In this document: piece after piece, positions 51,416 to 61,389 of the stretch
Layout of the letters: every line of letters begins with the position of its first letter
Numbering within the stretch: the stretch's first letter is position 1
Origin: Blastocatellia bacterium
GTDB taxonomy: Bacteria; Acidobacteriota; Blastocatellia; UBA7656
Reading direction: 5' to 3'
DNA: 64,000 bases
Assembly (NCBI GenBank): GCA_963765495.1
Contig: CAVXWP010000001.1
Span: 768,001 to 832,000 of the forward strand
Translations under genes and position numbers: made by a program
Notes under the pieces: model-generated
The model's database searches: none
The model's input: only the letters and a program-made list of their open reading frames with translations
What the model was told of the DNA's origin: nothing

Positions 51416-53086
51416 TCAGGGCTTTCTCGATTTTTCGTCTGTAAAAAGGATGCTGATCACAAGGGCTACACCGCCGCCCGCCGCGATCAGAAAAAACAGT
51501 ATCGCAAGCCCCGGATAGCCGAGTATTTTGAAAGGGGTTTCCACGCGCATGAGCATAGCCGCCCCAACGATCATCGCGGCCAGAATCAATCCAAGCGTGA
51601 TGCGATTCGCCAGTTTTTGAAAACCCTCCATCAAATGCGTCTCGTCTATCGCATCTACTCTTATCTGTATCTCGTTGTTTGCGACCGCGTCTAAAATCTT
51701 ATTGACCCGCGTAGGCAGGCGTTCGACGAAATCCTTCATCTCGAGCGCGCTGCTGAATACGTTGCCCGGAGACAGGCTCTTGAACATACGCTGCTGCATA
51801 ATGCTTGCGGAGTTGCGGCGAATTGAGGCGTTGGGATCGAACTCCGGGTCGAGCGTGCGCCCCACCTGATCCAGATTGAGCAGGGTCTTGCCAAGCATGG
51901 CAAGCTCGGGCGGAAGACGGATGCCGCAATGGGTGGAGACCTGAGTGAGTTCAAGCACTATGGTTCCGATTTCAATCTGCTGCATATTTGCGCTCTGATA
52001 CCGGCTGACCAGATCGGTGATACGCCGCCTGAACTCCGCCTCGTCGAATTGCTCTCTCGCTTCGGCAACATCTATGGCGAGGGTTGCGGCCTCTTCGCCG
52101 CGACCCTCGCTTATGGAAAGCAGTAATCGCAATAGACGGTCCTGCAATCCCGGCGTGATGCGTGCGACCATCCCCAGATCGAGCAGCGCGATCCGGTTGT
52201 CGCTGGTCAGAAACACGTTGCCCGGATGCGGGTCGGCGTGGAAAAAGCCGTCTACCAGAATCTGCTTCAGATAGGCCCGAAAAAGCTGCTCGGCCAGTTC
52301 CGCCCCGTTCAGGTCGAGGCGCGCAACCGGGCTCAAAGAAGTCACCTTCTGCCCTTCCACATACTCCATCGTCAACACCCGCGAGGTTGTGTAATCTTCA
52401 ATAGGGCGCGGCACAACTATGCGGTCGAACTCCTTGAGGTTTTCGGCCATCGTGAGGAGATTGCGCGCCTCTTCGCGATAATCGAGTTCTCGCAAGAGGC
52501 TCTTTCGGAATTCATCGAGCAACTGCTGAAACTGATAATGCCTGCCCATGTCGGTATTGTTGTCGAGGAGTTCGGCTACGCTTTCGAGCGCCTCCAGGTC
52601 CTTGATGAGGTCTTCGCGTATGTCGGGCCGCTGCACCTTGACGGCCACCGCCCGCCCGTTGCGCAATCTCGCGCGGTGCACCTGACCGAGCGATGCCGCT
52701 GCCATCGGTGTCGCTTCAAATTCCGAGAAAGCCCTTGAGATGCGCACCCCCAACTCGTTTGTCACCGTCTTTTCGACATCCGCGAAAGAGAACGACTCGA
52801 CGTTATCTTGCAGCCGGGCAAGCGCCTCCATGTAGGCGAAAGGCAGGATGTCGGGACGGGTAGAAAATAGCTGGCCCAGCTTGATAAACGTAGGCCCCAT
52901 CCGTTCCAGATCATCAGCCAGCGCCTTCGCCTCAGAAGGAATCTCGTTCGCCTGCTCCGCGTCTTCGCCCGCGAGGGCTTCATCCAATCCGACCTGCTTG
53001 ACCAGATCGCCCCGGCCATACTTCATCAGCAGCCAGGCAATGTCTTTGTATCTTTTCAGATGTTCGGGTTTAAGTGAGATACCCAT
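51416..53086 (-). CDS. AarF/UbiB/ABC1-family atypical kinase
   Basis: GPTFIKLGQ, AAASLGQVH, VAVKVQRP, GFFHADPHPGN, LLDLGM and two C-terminal TMs. Confidence 0.95.
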   Translation of the reverse strand: MGISLKPEHLKRYKDIAWLLMKYGRGDLVKQVGLDEALAGEDAEQANEIPSEAKALADDLERMGPTFIKLGQLFSTRPDILPFAYMEALARLQDNVESFSFADVEKTVTNELGVRISRAFSEFEATPMAAASLGQVHRARLRNGRAVAVKVQRPDIREDLIKDLEALESVAELLDNNTDMGRHYQFQQLLDEFRKSLLRELDYREEARNLLTMAENLKEFDRIVVPRPIEDYTTSRVLTMEYVEGQKVTSLSPVARLDLNGAELAEQLFRAYLKQILVDGFFHADPHPGNVFLTSDNRIALLDLGMVARITPGLQDRLLRLLLSISEGRGEEAATLAIDVAEAREQFDEAEFRRRITDLVSRYQSANMQQIEIGTIVLELTQVSTHCGIRLPPELAMLGKTLLNLDQVGRTLDPEFDPNASIRRNSASIMQQRMFKSLSPGNVFSSALEMKDFVERLPTRVNKILDAVANNEIQIRVDAIDETHLMEGFQKLANRITLGLILAAMIVGAAMLMRVETPFKILGYPGLAILFFLIAAGGGVALVISILFTDEKSRKP

Positions 53087-53229
53087 CCATCATCTCCCGT
53101 GATAGATGGCCTTGAGTGAAACAGGCCGTTCAGAACGAGCGTCCAGGACTCGCTGGCATTATGTGGGATTGGCTGGCTCAAGTCCAGGAGTATTCGTGTG
53201 ATTGTTCGGCGACAACCATATCGAATCTC

Positions 53230-53284
53230 GATTTGAGCGAGAGGCGAATACGAATAGGCCGCGAACGGACGCGGCCTATTTCAA
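53230..53284. repeat. Dispersed intergenic repeat, copy 4
   Basis: gatttgagcgagaggcgaatacgaataggcc-gcgaacggacgc-ggcctatttcaa aligns with the copy at 13418. Confidence 0.65.
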
Positions 53285-53335
53285 TTGTATTGATTGACAT
53301 CTTAGAGAAAGCGGATCAATCAAAGCGAAGTCTGT

Positions 53336-53920
53336 TCAATTCGAATCAGGATGATTTGGGTCTGATTCCTTCTCTTCATCTTCACCGGGGCTATCTTCCT
53401 GATCGTGGTCCTTATCGTCTTTTAGCGATATGCCCATTATATTCGGATTGTCTATAAACTGGCTCAGTCTGTCGGGGTCGAATTTGAACTGGACCACGAA
53501 CGCCTGTTCCTGCTGTAACGTGACGACGAGGAATTTTATATGTTTTCCCTCTTCCGAAGCATAGACATAAGTCCACTGGGTTTTACGCGGTTGAGCGATC
53601 TCTATGACCGGCTGCCACGCGGGGTCGACCGCGTCGTGAACGAATTTGTGAAAATCGGTTTGCGAGTTCTCGGAAAAATCGAGCTCCTTGAGCATCACTA
53701 CCTTGAAGTTCTTGACTCCCGCCGGGCGTACCATCTTTACGGCCAGCCTCGCAAAACTGATCAATCCGAACGTGCTCTGGCTCTTGGCCCCGTAGTGCGC
53801 TTTGATGTGTTTGACCACCGAACTGAAGCTCTTGTCGGTTGCAAGCCCCGGTGTCGCGCCAAAGATCACGCTGAGAATCAGGATTAAGATCGTGAGGGAG
53901 AATCTTTTTCCCGCTTTCAT
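53336..53920 (-). CDS. Exported hypothetical protein (possibly DUF4252-related)
   Basis: Signal peptide; overlaps the DUF4252 gene (ATGA). Confidence 0.7.
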   Translation of the reverse strand: MKAGKRFSLTILILILSVIFGATPGLATDKSFSSVVKHIKAHYGAKSQSTFGLISFARLAVKMVRPAGVKNFKVVMLKELDFSENSQTDFHKFVHDAVDPAWQPVIEIAQPRKTQWTYVYASEEGKHIKFLVVTLQQEQAFVVQFKFDPDRLSQFIDNPNIMGISLKDDKDHDQEDSPGEDEEKESDPNHPDSN

Positions 53921-54498
53921 TGCTTGTCCTCCTCGTGCGTGTCGCCCGTCTCAAGCCCGAATCGCGGGATGCCGAATTTGCCTTCGAGTTGAGAGAGCTT
54001 CTCTAAATCAATAGGCCCGACAATGTTTACGACCGTGAGCGCCTTTGGCTCGACCGCGAGCACCGCGAGCCCTTTGATCACGTTCCCCTCCGTCATGATG
54101 ACAACATCGAAACTGGCTTTCTTCTTGCTGCGAACATCGGCGATCTTAGTCCAGCCCGGAGCGTTTAGTTGCGCGCGGATTGTTTCGACATCCGACGGCA
54201 GGTATTCGCCTTCATTCTCGAATTGAAACCTCTTGACATAGACGCCCTTCAAATTCTGGATCAATTCCTTGGCCTTGGCTTCGTCGGGCGATCTCTCCGG
54301 TCTGAGGAACGTAGCCGCGAGCTTGAGCAGATTCTCGGGCACATCCACGTTTATGACTTCCGATGCCTTATCGGTGAAGCGGTCGAGGTGCGCGATATTC
54401 AATCTGGCCTCTTGCCCGTAGGCGGGCAGCGCCCCAACGACTGAAAGTATCAGGGAAAGAAAGATCAATCTCATCGAAGTAGTTACTATAAATTTCAT
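53917..54498 (-). CDS. DUF4252-family exported protein
   Basis: Signal peptide; LKGVYVKRFQF, PGWTKI and LTVVNIVGPIDLEKLSQLEG; GGAGGA RBS. Confidence 0.8.
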   Translation of the reverse strand: MKFIVTTSMRLIFLSLILSVVGALPAYGQEARLNIAHLDRFTDKASEVINVDVPENLLKLAATFLRPERSPDEAKAKELIQNLKGVYVKRFQFENEGEYLPSDVETIRAQLNAPGWTKIADVRSKKKASFDVVIMTEGNVIKGLAVLAVEPKALTVVNIVGPIDLEKLSQLEGKFGIPRFGLETGDTHEEDKQ

Positions 54499-54545
54499 GA
54501 TTCCTCCATTAAACACACAGACTATTTACCGACCTGGAAGCTATT

Positions 54546-55175
54546 TCATTCATCGTCTCCATTGACCGCCTTTTGAGCTTCGCCAAGGGTGCTGCTGGCG
54601 ATGTGAAGGGCCAGCATGAGTTGTTCTTTGGCAATCTCCCCTTCGGACTTTACAGCCACATTGATTCCGGGCTCATCCGGTCGCGCCGATTTGCGAACAG
54701 ACCGGGGCCGGTGCTTTACCGGGTGTTTCGCGTCTTCAAGCTCGGTTGATTCAGCACCCTTCGCAATATCATCGCCGGGCTGATGCTGATTTGAAACATC
54801 GGGCGTCTGCTGATTTTTCGGCCCGGCAGATTCCCGATCCCCCGCCTGTATAGCGCCGTCGCGCTCGCCTGCGCGGTCCTTCTCTACGCTCGCGGCCTGC
54901 TGTTCAGGCGAGGCAACATGACGGGGCCAGTATTGAAACGCGCCAATCGCTATCAGCAACAGGGCGGCAAGCCCCGCCGCGAGCCACCGAACTCTGGGCG
55001 GCTCGATGAGAATCAGCAACGACTCCCACCATCGCCTTCTCGTCGGAGCCTTCTTCGCGGCAGCTTTTTTCATAGTTGCCTGAGCGTTGATTTGCTCCAT
55101 CACTCGCCCGGTGAAATCCGGTGAAGGCTCCTGGCGGCTGAATGCCAGTCTTAATTCATCATCAAGGCGACTCAT
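54546..55175 (-). CDS. Putative single-TM anti-sigma factor
   Basis: LDDELR.AF...PSPDFTGRVM followed by one TM; overlaps the ECF sigma stop. Confidence 0.75.
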   Translation of the reverse strand: MSRLDDELRLAFSRQEPSPDFTGRVMEQINAQATMKKAAAKKAPTRRRWWESLLILIEPPRVRWLAAGLAALLLIAIGAFQYWPRHVASPEQQAASVEKDRAGERDGAIQAGDRESAGPKNQQTPDVSNQHQPGDDIAKGAESTELEDAKHPVKHRPRSVRKSARPDEPGINVAVKSEGEIAKEQLMLALHIASSTLGEAQKAVNGDDE

Positions 55176-55753
55176 ATATGTGCTTCCCCCAGGCAGCGCG
55201 TCAGCTTCTCGCGCAACAACACGAGCGACCGCCGCAAATGGCTCTTCACGGTATTTACCGGCATATCAAGCGCCTCGGCGATCTCAAGCGGTTCGAGGTC
55301 TTCCTGATACCGGAGTATCACTACCATCCGTGGTTTTTCCGGCAAGGTGTCCACGACTCGCCGCAAAGTTTCCGAGAGCAAAAAATCGTCCACCGGTTGC
55401 TCTGCTACGGGCTCCGGCACATCTTCCAGACTCACCTGCGGGCGGAGTTTCCGCCGCCGAGACTGGTCTATGCATCTGTGACCGGTCACCTTCCGCAACC
55501 AGAAGGTGAGGTGAGCCGGGGACTGTATGGCCGAAAGATTCTGGTGGAGATGAAGGAACACTTCTTGAGCCAGCTCCTCCGCCAGCGCGCGATCTCGCAG
55601 AAAATGATAAGCCATGCTGAAGACCATCGCCTGATGTTCCCGCACAATCTCAGCAAATGCCGATTGATCACCCCCGGCAGATTTCGCCAGCCGTTCTTCC
55701 GCCCGGTCAAGGGTTTTGCTTCCCAAGTCGTATGTCCCTTTCCACCCCACCAT
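55172..55753 (-). CDS. ECF RNA polymerase sigma factor
   Basis: GDQSAFAEIV, AEELAQEVFL, WLRKV and EIAEALDMPVNTVKSHLRR. Confidence 0.93.
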   Translation of the reverse strand: MVGWKGTYDLGSKTLDRAEERLAKSAGGDQSAFAEIVREHQAMVFSMAYHFLRDRALAEELAQEVFLHLHQNLSAIQSPAHLTFWLRKVTGHRCIDQSRRRKLRPQVSLEDVPEPVAEQPVDDFLLSETLRRVVDTLPEKPRMVVILRYQEDLEPLEIAEALDMPVNTVKSHLRRSLVLLREKLTRCLGEAHI

Positions 55754-55918
55754 CTGTAAGTACGCAGGACCGTAGTCGAGCGAATGCAAATTATTTTGTA
55801 CGGTCAGAGAAGGCAAAAGGTTAGCATAACCTGCCGAAAGACACACTCAGACGTTAGGAGGCGGGGAAGATGAGAACATTCTCTGACCTCTATTTCGTAA
55901 GATAAAACGGAGGGAACA

Positions 55919-56128
55919 ATGAGCAATTCGGGAACAGCAGCGGTCTTGAGCCTTGTTATTCCAGGCGTGGGCCAGATTTATAACGGCAAGATACTGCGCG
56001 GCATCTTCTGGCTGATCGTCACGCCCGGCCTCTGGATAGGCACGGGCGGATTGTTGGGATGGGTCTGTCACGTCATCGCTGCTTATACGGCTTACAGCTA
56101 CGCCGACAAACACAGATACGAAAGGTGA
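55919..56128 (+). CDS. Small membrane protein
   Basis: AAVLSLVIPGVGQIYNG motif, hydrophobic; GGAGGG RBS. Confidence 0.8.
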   Translation: MSNSGTAAVLSLVIPGVGQIYNGKILRGIFWLIVTPGLWIGTGGLLGWVCHVIAAYTAYSYADKHRYER

Positions 56129-56231
56129 TGCGTGATACGTGATGCGTGATACGTGATTTTCAGGCATATGGTTGTTAACAGATGATTGCCGATCTCCAGG
56201 TCACGTATCACGCATCACGTATCACGCATCA
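56125..56231. repeat. Inverted heptamer (GTGAT[G/A]C) arrays between convergent genes
   Basis: gtgatgcgtgatacgtgatgcgtgatacgtgat ... tcacgtatcacgcatcacgtatcacgcatcac; they contain the stops of both flanking genes. Confidence 0.85.
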
Positions 56232-56812
56232 CTCTCATCTCTTCCATCGCGCCCGACTCCTAGCGCGTCGGCCACGCGGTTGATGTAGTTGAACCATGAG
56301 GCGATCAGGGTAATTTGCAATATGGCTTTGTCGTCAAAGCCCACACCACGCAACCGCTCGTGATCCTGCGGGGAAATTCGCGTGGCGTCTTTTGTCAACT
56401 GCACTACGTAATCGAGCATGACTCGATCCTGTTCATTGATAGGTGCAGACGTGTAATCATCTTCGAGCGCCTGAACCAGTTCTTTATCCAGCGTGACTCG
56501 ACGCAGAAACTCTGCGTGCGACTCGATTCAGTAAAAGCACCGATTCGTCACCGAAACCATAGTCGCGATCATTTCGTGCTGCCGCCTTGCCAGAGGCAAC
56601 TCAGGCGACATCAGCGCACCAAAGGTTGAGAAGGCATGAAAGAGCGCATCGGGGATCAGGCTGTGCGAAGCGACTATGCCGCTTGTCTCGCCGCCCGACA
56701 CGGGATGAACCGGCGTGGCGTACTCTATCGGGTATAACTCTTTCTGGCCCTCCATAGCGCGGCGCAATTCCTCGCTTGCCTCAGACAATTCTATAGTCTT
56801 GATCCAGGTCAT
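56222..56812 (-). CDS. AhpD/carboxymuconolactone-decarboxylase-like protein with in-frame UGA (probable selenoprotein, CxxU)
   Basis: The two track ORFs are in one frame separated only by TGA at 56528-56530 ([15 protein letters not shown]); 196 aa if read through; SECIS-like hairpin follows. Confidence 0.8.
56498..56527 (-). promoter_or_regulatory. Putative bacterial SECIS hairpin
   Basis: After UGA: AUCGAG-UCG-C-ACGCAGA-GUU-UCUGCGU-CGA; the apical loop starts with G, 17 nt after the UGA. Confidence 0.65.
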
Positions 56813-56840
56813 TGTTGACGGCTCCCTTCTTCTATGTTTT

Positions 56841-58187
56841 TCAATGGCCGTTCACTGATTCACGTTTGCGAAAGAAAAGATGATAAACCGGGGCGCCGAG
56901 TGCCACAACTCCCGCTCCGAGAAATGCCTGCTTCGGATTGCTTCCCGCCAGCAACACAAGCAGCACCATTACAAGCGCGAGAAACAGAAGCGGCGTAAAC
57001 GGATAACCGGGAGTTCTATAAGGCAACCCGTCCGCCCCTCTGCGACGCAACACGAATACGGCTCCAACGGTCAGCGCGATAAATATTACCGTCACAAAGA
57101 CGAAATAAGCTATGATGCCATCGAAAGAACCGAGCGCCACAAGCAGACTCGCAAGCGATGCTTGCAGGCAAATAGCGCGAGCCGGGGTATTGAATTTTGG
57201 ACTCAGCGCCGCTATGGAATCAATAAACAGCCCGTCGCGCGCCATCGCGTAATAAACACGCGGCGCTGTCATAATCAACCCGGCCAGGCTGCCCAGGACT
57301 GAAATAATCACTATGCCGGAAAGCACTTCGCCGCCCGCTTTGCCAAAGAGAGCTTCTCCGGCCTGAGCCGCGAATGTCTCGCCCGACGTGACGCGCTCGA
57401 CCGGGACAAGATACAAAAACACGGCGCTCGTAAGGATGTAAACCAGCGTTACGGCCACGACTCCAAAGGCGAGCGCGCGCGGAAGGCTGCGGGCCGGGTC
57501 GCGCACCTCGCCCGCTATCTTGCTCAGGTCCCACCACCCGCCAAACGAAAAAAAAGCCGCCACCATCGCCCCCGAAAGCGCCCCCACGAGCGGAGACGAA
57601 CCGGGTCGTTGCGCTGCGAATGGAATGAAGTTTGACCAGTCGCCAAGCCTGAGCCCGAATCCCCAAACGACTACGAAGGCGATCAGCCCGAGCTTGATTA
57701 TAGTCAGCCAACGCATCAGCCACGCGCCAAATCGCACGCCATAAATATTCGCGGCGGCAAGCAGCACAATCACAGCGATAGCCACCGCTTTTAACCCTGT
57801 CGGAGACAGACCGAGCGAGTACCCCACGTAGCTTGCCAGCCCCACCCCGAGCGCCGCCGTGATTCCGGGGTCCATCACAAGCAGACACATCCAGCCGTAG
57901 AGAAAAGCCAGTCGCGGCCCGTACGCCTCGCGCAGGTAGACATATCCGCCGCCCGCCTCCGGGTATTGTGCCGCCAGTTCTCCGTAACAGAGCGCGCCGC
58001 ATAAAGCCATCGCGCCCATCACCGACCAGACCACAAACAGCCACAGGGGCGAGCCCAGCGATTTCGCCATTCCGGCAGGAGTCAGAAAGATTCCCACCGC
58101 TATAACCTCGCCTACGACCAGAGCCGCTGCCGTGCCCGTGCCTATCTGGCGCTTTAGCCTGCTCGCTTCCTGGGCTTTTGACGTCAT
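56841..58187 (-). CDS. APC-superfamily amino acid permease
   Basis: GIFLTP, CYGELAAQYPEAGGGYVYLREAYG, GEVRDPARSLPRA and PYRTPGYP. Confidence 0.92.
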   Translation of the reverse strand: MTSKAQEASRLKRQIGTGTAAALVVGEVIAVGIFLTPAGMAKSLGSPLWLFVVWSVMGAMALCGALCYGELAAQYPEAGGGYVYLREAYGPRLAFLYGWMCLLVMDPGITAALGVGLASYVGYSLGLSPTGLKAVAIAVIVLLAAANIYGVRFGAWLMRWLTIIKLGLIAFVVVWGFGLRLGDWSNFIPFAAQRPGSSPLVGALSGAMVAAFFSFGGWWDLSKIAGEVRDPARSLPRALAFGVVAVTLVYILTSAVFLYLVPVERVTSGETFAAQAGEALFGKAGGEVLSGIVIISVLGSLAGLIMTAPRVYYAMARDGLFIDSIAALSPKFNTPARAICLQASLASLLVALGSFDGIIAYFVFVTVIFIALTVGAVFVLRRRGADGLPYRTPGYPFTPLLFLALVMVLLVLLAGSNPKQAFLGAGVVALGAPVYHLFFRKRESVNGH

Positions 58188-58189
58188 AT

Positions 58190-61156
58190 TTAGAACGAGA
58201 GTTTTACCGCAAACTGAAACGCGCGTGGGCCGCCCGAGCCGAATACGCCGCCTGCCGTCGTCACCGCCTGCCCGAACCTCGACGAGCGCAGAAAGCCGGG
58301 GCTGGCCGGATTGTCGCTGTCACGCACAAGCGCGTTCGCGTATCCCGAATAATTTACGTTCGACACTCCCAGCACGTTTGTCATATTGAAGAGGTTGAAG
58401 ACTTCAAGTATAGGCTCAAGCCTTACACTCTCTGAAAACCTGAACTGCTTCGACACGCGCAGGTCGAAAGAATTGAATCCGTCGCTGAATCTGGCATCAT
58501 CGCTGACGAGTGGCAGGAACTCGCCGTTTATGCCTCCGCCCGCGTTGACTTGATTTATGAATCGGTTGAGCTCGGCTCCCGTGTGGAAGAGTCGCCCGCC
58601 CGCATTTCGCTGCAAAAGAGGAATGCGCGAGATGCCGTCGGGCAAGAGAATATCCATTGGAACGCCGGAGGCCAGCGTCCAGATGGGCGATAATCGAAAG
58701 CCCTCGAACAGATCGAACACGCCCGAAAAAGTGAAGCGATGGCGCTGGTCGTTTGGCGTAGGCCCGTATTCCAACCCGAGATTGTTCGGATCGAGCGGCC
58801 CGTTGGAAAAAGGGATCTGATCGTCGTTGGCATAGTTGAATGCCTTAGACAGCGTGTATGAAGCGCGGAATTGGTAACGATTCGAGAATCGCTTTTCAAG
58901 GCTGACTAGCAACCCGTCGTATTGTGTATTAACACTCGATTCCAGATTCACAACCGAGTCCGGCCCGCCCACCACGGGATTGAAAACGGTTCCTATCGTC
59001 CGGCCTATGATGAAATGTGTGCCGAGATTGTGCAGGTAATCAACTCGCGCCACGAAATTCTCTCCTAGCTCTTGCTCTATGCCGATGTTGGTCTGCTGCA
59101 CGGAAGGGTTTTGCAGTCTGTTATCAATGATGTTTATCCCGCCCGCGCCCGCGCCCGGCAGTATGAAACCCGTAAATGGATTTGAGATGGTCGGCGCAAA
59201 GGGCGGGAACTGGCCTGTCATCGGGTCTATAAAAAAGAGGTTACCCGCCCTGACTTCGATGGGCAGTGCGCGCCCGTCAAGCCCGCGCTCCAGAGATTGA
59301 ATCTGCAAGATGACGCGGTCGTAATAGATGCCGTAGCCGCCGTGTATGCTTGTATGTCCGCCTTTGCTCGCCCAGTTGAATCCTATTCGCGGGCCGAAGT
59401 TGTTTCTGTCACGCGAGCGGGTGACGCCGAGAAAAGAGAGTATTATCGGGTTTAGCTCATCCGTGCGACTGATGTTTTTGACATCGGTGTCGAGTTCGTA
59501 TCGCAGGCCGAGATTCAAAGTAAGTTGCGGATGTATTCGCCAGTCGTCCTGCGCGAAGAAGGCCAGATGCACATTGTCGGCGTTGTCGATAATAAGGGGT
59601 CGGTCGGGTACTCCGCTTCTGAGGGTCACGGCAAACAGCAGGTCGTCATCATCTACGCGACCGTCGCCGTTGTGATCGAAATCAGGGAAGTCCTGAACAA
59701 ACTCGATGCGGCCCTGTTGAAATACGCCGAGATCGAAATCGGCGTCTATTTTCTGAACCTCGCCTCCGAAACGCAGAGTGTGAGCGCCTTTCACAAGCGT
59801 GAGGGTGTCTGAGAACTGAAGTCTGTTCTGGCGGGTTTGCTGCGGGACGCGGAAAGAGGCTCCATCCTGCAAAGACGGGAATGTCAGTTGCGGCGCGACG
59901 GTGACCGGCTCGATTTCATTTATGAAATTATTCACGCTGAAGCCAAAGCTGTTTACGACATTTGGCGAAAACAGGCGCGTGTAGTTAGTCAGAAAAGTTT
60001 GATAATGATTCGTGCTTTGCTGGCGCTGAGAGGCCGAGCCGATGGCGCGTATCAGGGTGCTTGCCGTCACGTCATCGGCGCGCTCAAGCGAGTACCGAAA
60101 CGTGAGATTGTCGTTGTCGGAGACGACGATATCGCCTCGCGCGGTCGCAAGCAGATCGTTGAGCGGCGCGGCGGCAAAGTTGCGATTGATCGTTCGCGTA
60201 GCCGCATCGCGTTCGCCCACGAGCACCGCGCCGTCCTGATTTCGATACTCGATGGAGCCAAACCAGAATGCTTTGTCGCGAATTACCGGGCCGCCGAGGG
60301 CAAAGGCGTATTGCTCTCGATCAAAGGGTGGCTCTTCATTGCCGCGGTCGAACGTAGCGGGGAGCCCTTGAAGCCTGCGGTCGCGCACAAAAAAAGAGGC
60401 CGATCCATGCAACTCGTTTGTTCCCGTCTTGGTGAGTATGTTTATGATCGAAGATCCCGAGCGTCCGTATTCGGCCGAGAAGCGATTCGTGGCTATTTGA
60501 AACTCCTTGACGGCGTCCTGCGAGATGTTTTCAAGCGGCCCGCCCACTACATCATCGTTGTTGTCGGCTCCGTCAATCGAGTAATTCCCGCCGCGCCCAA
60601 GCTGCCCGGCCGAAGAGATGGTCACGCTGTTGGTCTTTGTAGGGTCGAAATTCGGCGCGGGCGAGTTGCCGGGAATCAGCAACGCCAGTTCCAGAAAATT
60701 GCGCCCGTTAAGAGGCAGCGACTCGATCTGCCGCGCGGCTATCACACCGTCAACTACTGATGTGGTCTTATCAATCGGCTCGACTTCGGGAGAAGAAAAA
60801 TTGTCGGCTTCTAAAAAGCCAACTTCAAGAGTCAGATCAAGCGTAGCACTCTGCCCGACTCGAAGCACGATGATCGAAGAACTTGCCGTTGTAAATCCAG
60901 GTGACTCGACTTTTATATCGTAATCGCCCGGCGGCAGGTTCGTCAGTACATACAGACCTTCGCTGTTTGTCTCGGTTTCGCGCTTGAGGCCGGTAGCCGA
61001 TTGCGTCAACGTCACCCGCGCTCCCGGGATGACGGCATCCTGAGGATCGGTGATTCGCCCTCCGAGTGTGGCCGTCGCCGATTGCTGAGCGCGGGCCGCA
61101 ATACTCAACAAGCATATAAGTACAAAATAAAGAGTTGTCGTAAGTATTCTTCTCAT
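58190..61156 (-). CDS. TonB-dependent receptor, Oar-like (second copy)
   Basis: LGGRITDPQDAVIPGA, LPLNGRNFLELALLIPG, FAQDDWR..LTLNLGLRYE and a C-terminal PRAFQFAVKLSF. Confidence 0.92.
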   Translation of the reverse strand: MRRILTTTLYFVLICLLSIAARAQQSATATLGGRITDPQDAVIPGARVTLTQSATGLKRETETNSEGLYVLTNLPPGDYDIKVESPGFTTASSSIIVLRVGQSATLDLTLEVGFLEADNFSSPEVEPIDKTTSVVDGVIAARQIESLPLNGRNFLELALLIPGNSPAPNFDPTKTNSVTISSAGQLGRGGNYSIDGADNNDDVVGGPLENISQDAVKEFQIATNRFSAEYGRSGSSIINILTKTGTNELHGSASFFVRDRRLQGLPATFDRGNEEPPFDREQYAFALGGPVIRDKAFWFGSIEYRNQDGAVLVGERDAATRTINRNFAAAPLNDLLATARGDIVVSDNDNLTFRYSLERADDVTASTLIRAIGSASQRQQSTNHYQTFLTNYTRLFSPNVVNSFGFSVNNFINEIEPVTVAPQLTFPSLQDGASFRVPQQTRQNRLQFSDTLTLVKGAHTLRFGGEVQKIDADFDLGVFQQGRIEFVQDFPDFDHNGDGRVDDDDLLFAVTLRSGVPDRPLIIDNADNVHLAFFAQDDWRIHPQLTLNLGLRYELDTDVKNISRTDELNPIILSFLGVTRSRDRNNFGPRIGFNWASKGGHTSIHGGYGIYYDRVILQIQSLERGLDGRALPIEVRAGNLFFIDPMTGQFPPFAPTISNPFTGFILPGAGAGGINIIDNRLQNPSVQQTNIGIEQELGENFVARVDYLHNLGTHFIIGRTIGTVFNPVVGGPDSVVNLESSVNTQYDGLLVSLEKRFSNRYQFRASYTLSKAFNYANDDQIPFSNGPLDPNNLGLEYGPTPNDQRHRFTFSGVFDLFEGFRLSPIWTLASGVPMDILLPDGISRIPLLQRNAGGRLFHTGAELNRFINQVNAGGGINGEFLPLVSDDARFSDGFNSFDLRVSKQFRFSESVRLEPILEVFNLFNMTNVLGVSNVNYSGYANALVRDSDNPASPGFLRSSRFGQAVTTAGGVFGSGGPRAFQFAVKLSF

Positions 61157-61200
61157 CGTGAGTCCGTCCATAGGTGTAATCGAGGAAGCGCAAACAGCGA

Positions 61201-61230
61201 GACGATCTTCGATCCATATCGAAGATCGTC
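61201..61230. other. Perfect 13-bp-stem palindrome in the receptor leader
   Basis: gacgatcttcgat-ccat-atcgaagatcgtc. Confidence 0.7.
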
Positions 61231-61310
61231 AGGAGGGCGCTTGTTTTCTCCCTGGTTGAATCTATTGAGCCGGGAATCGCTTCGAGTGCGCTTTCACCTG
61301 ATAAGATTAA

Positions 61311-61389
61311 CCGCCGCAGACACCACGGGATGCAGAGGCAATTAGTTCGAATCTCTGCAATATATATTTGCTCTCGGTGTCTGCGGCGG
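61311..61389. repeat. REP-like inverted repeat
   Basis: ccgccgcagacacc ... ggtgtctgcggcgg with inner tgcagag/ctctgca. Confidence 0.6.

Noticed and set aside
56222-56812. Two separate small genes or a pseudogene
   Set aside because: The stop is TGA exactly at the catalytic Cys position and is followed by a SECIS-like hairpin, so readthrough is the better explanation.
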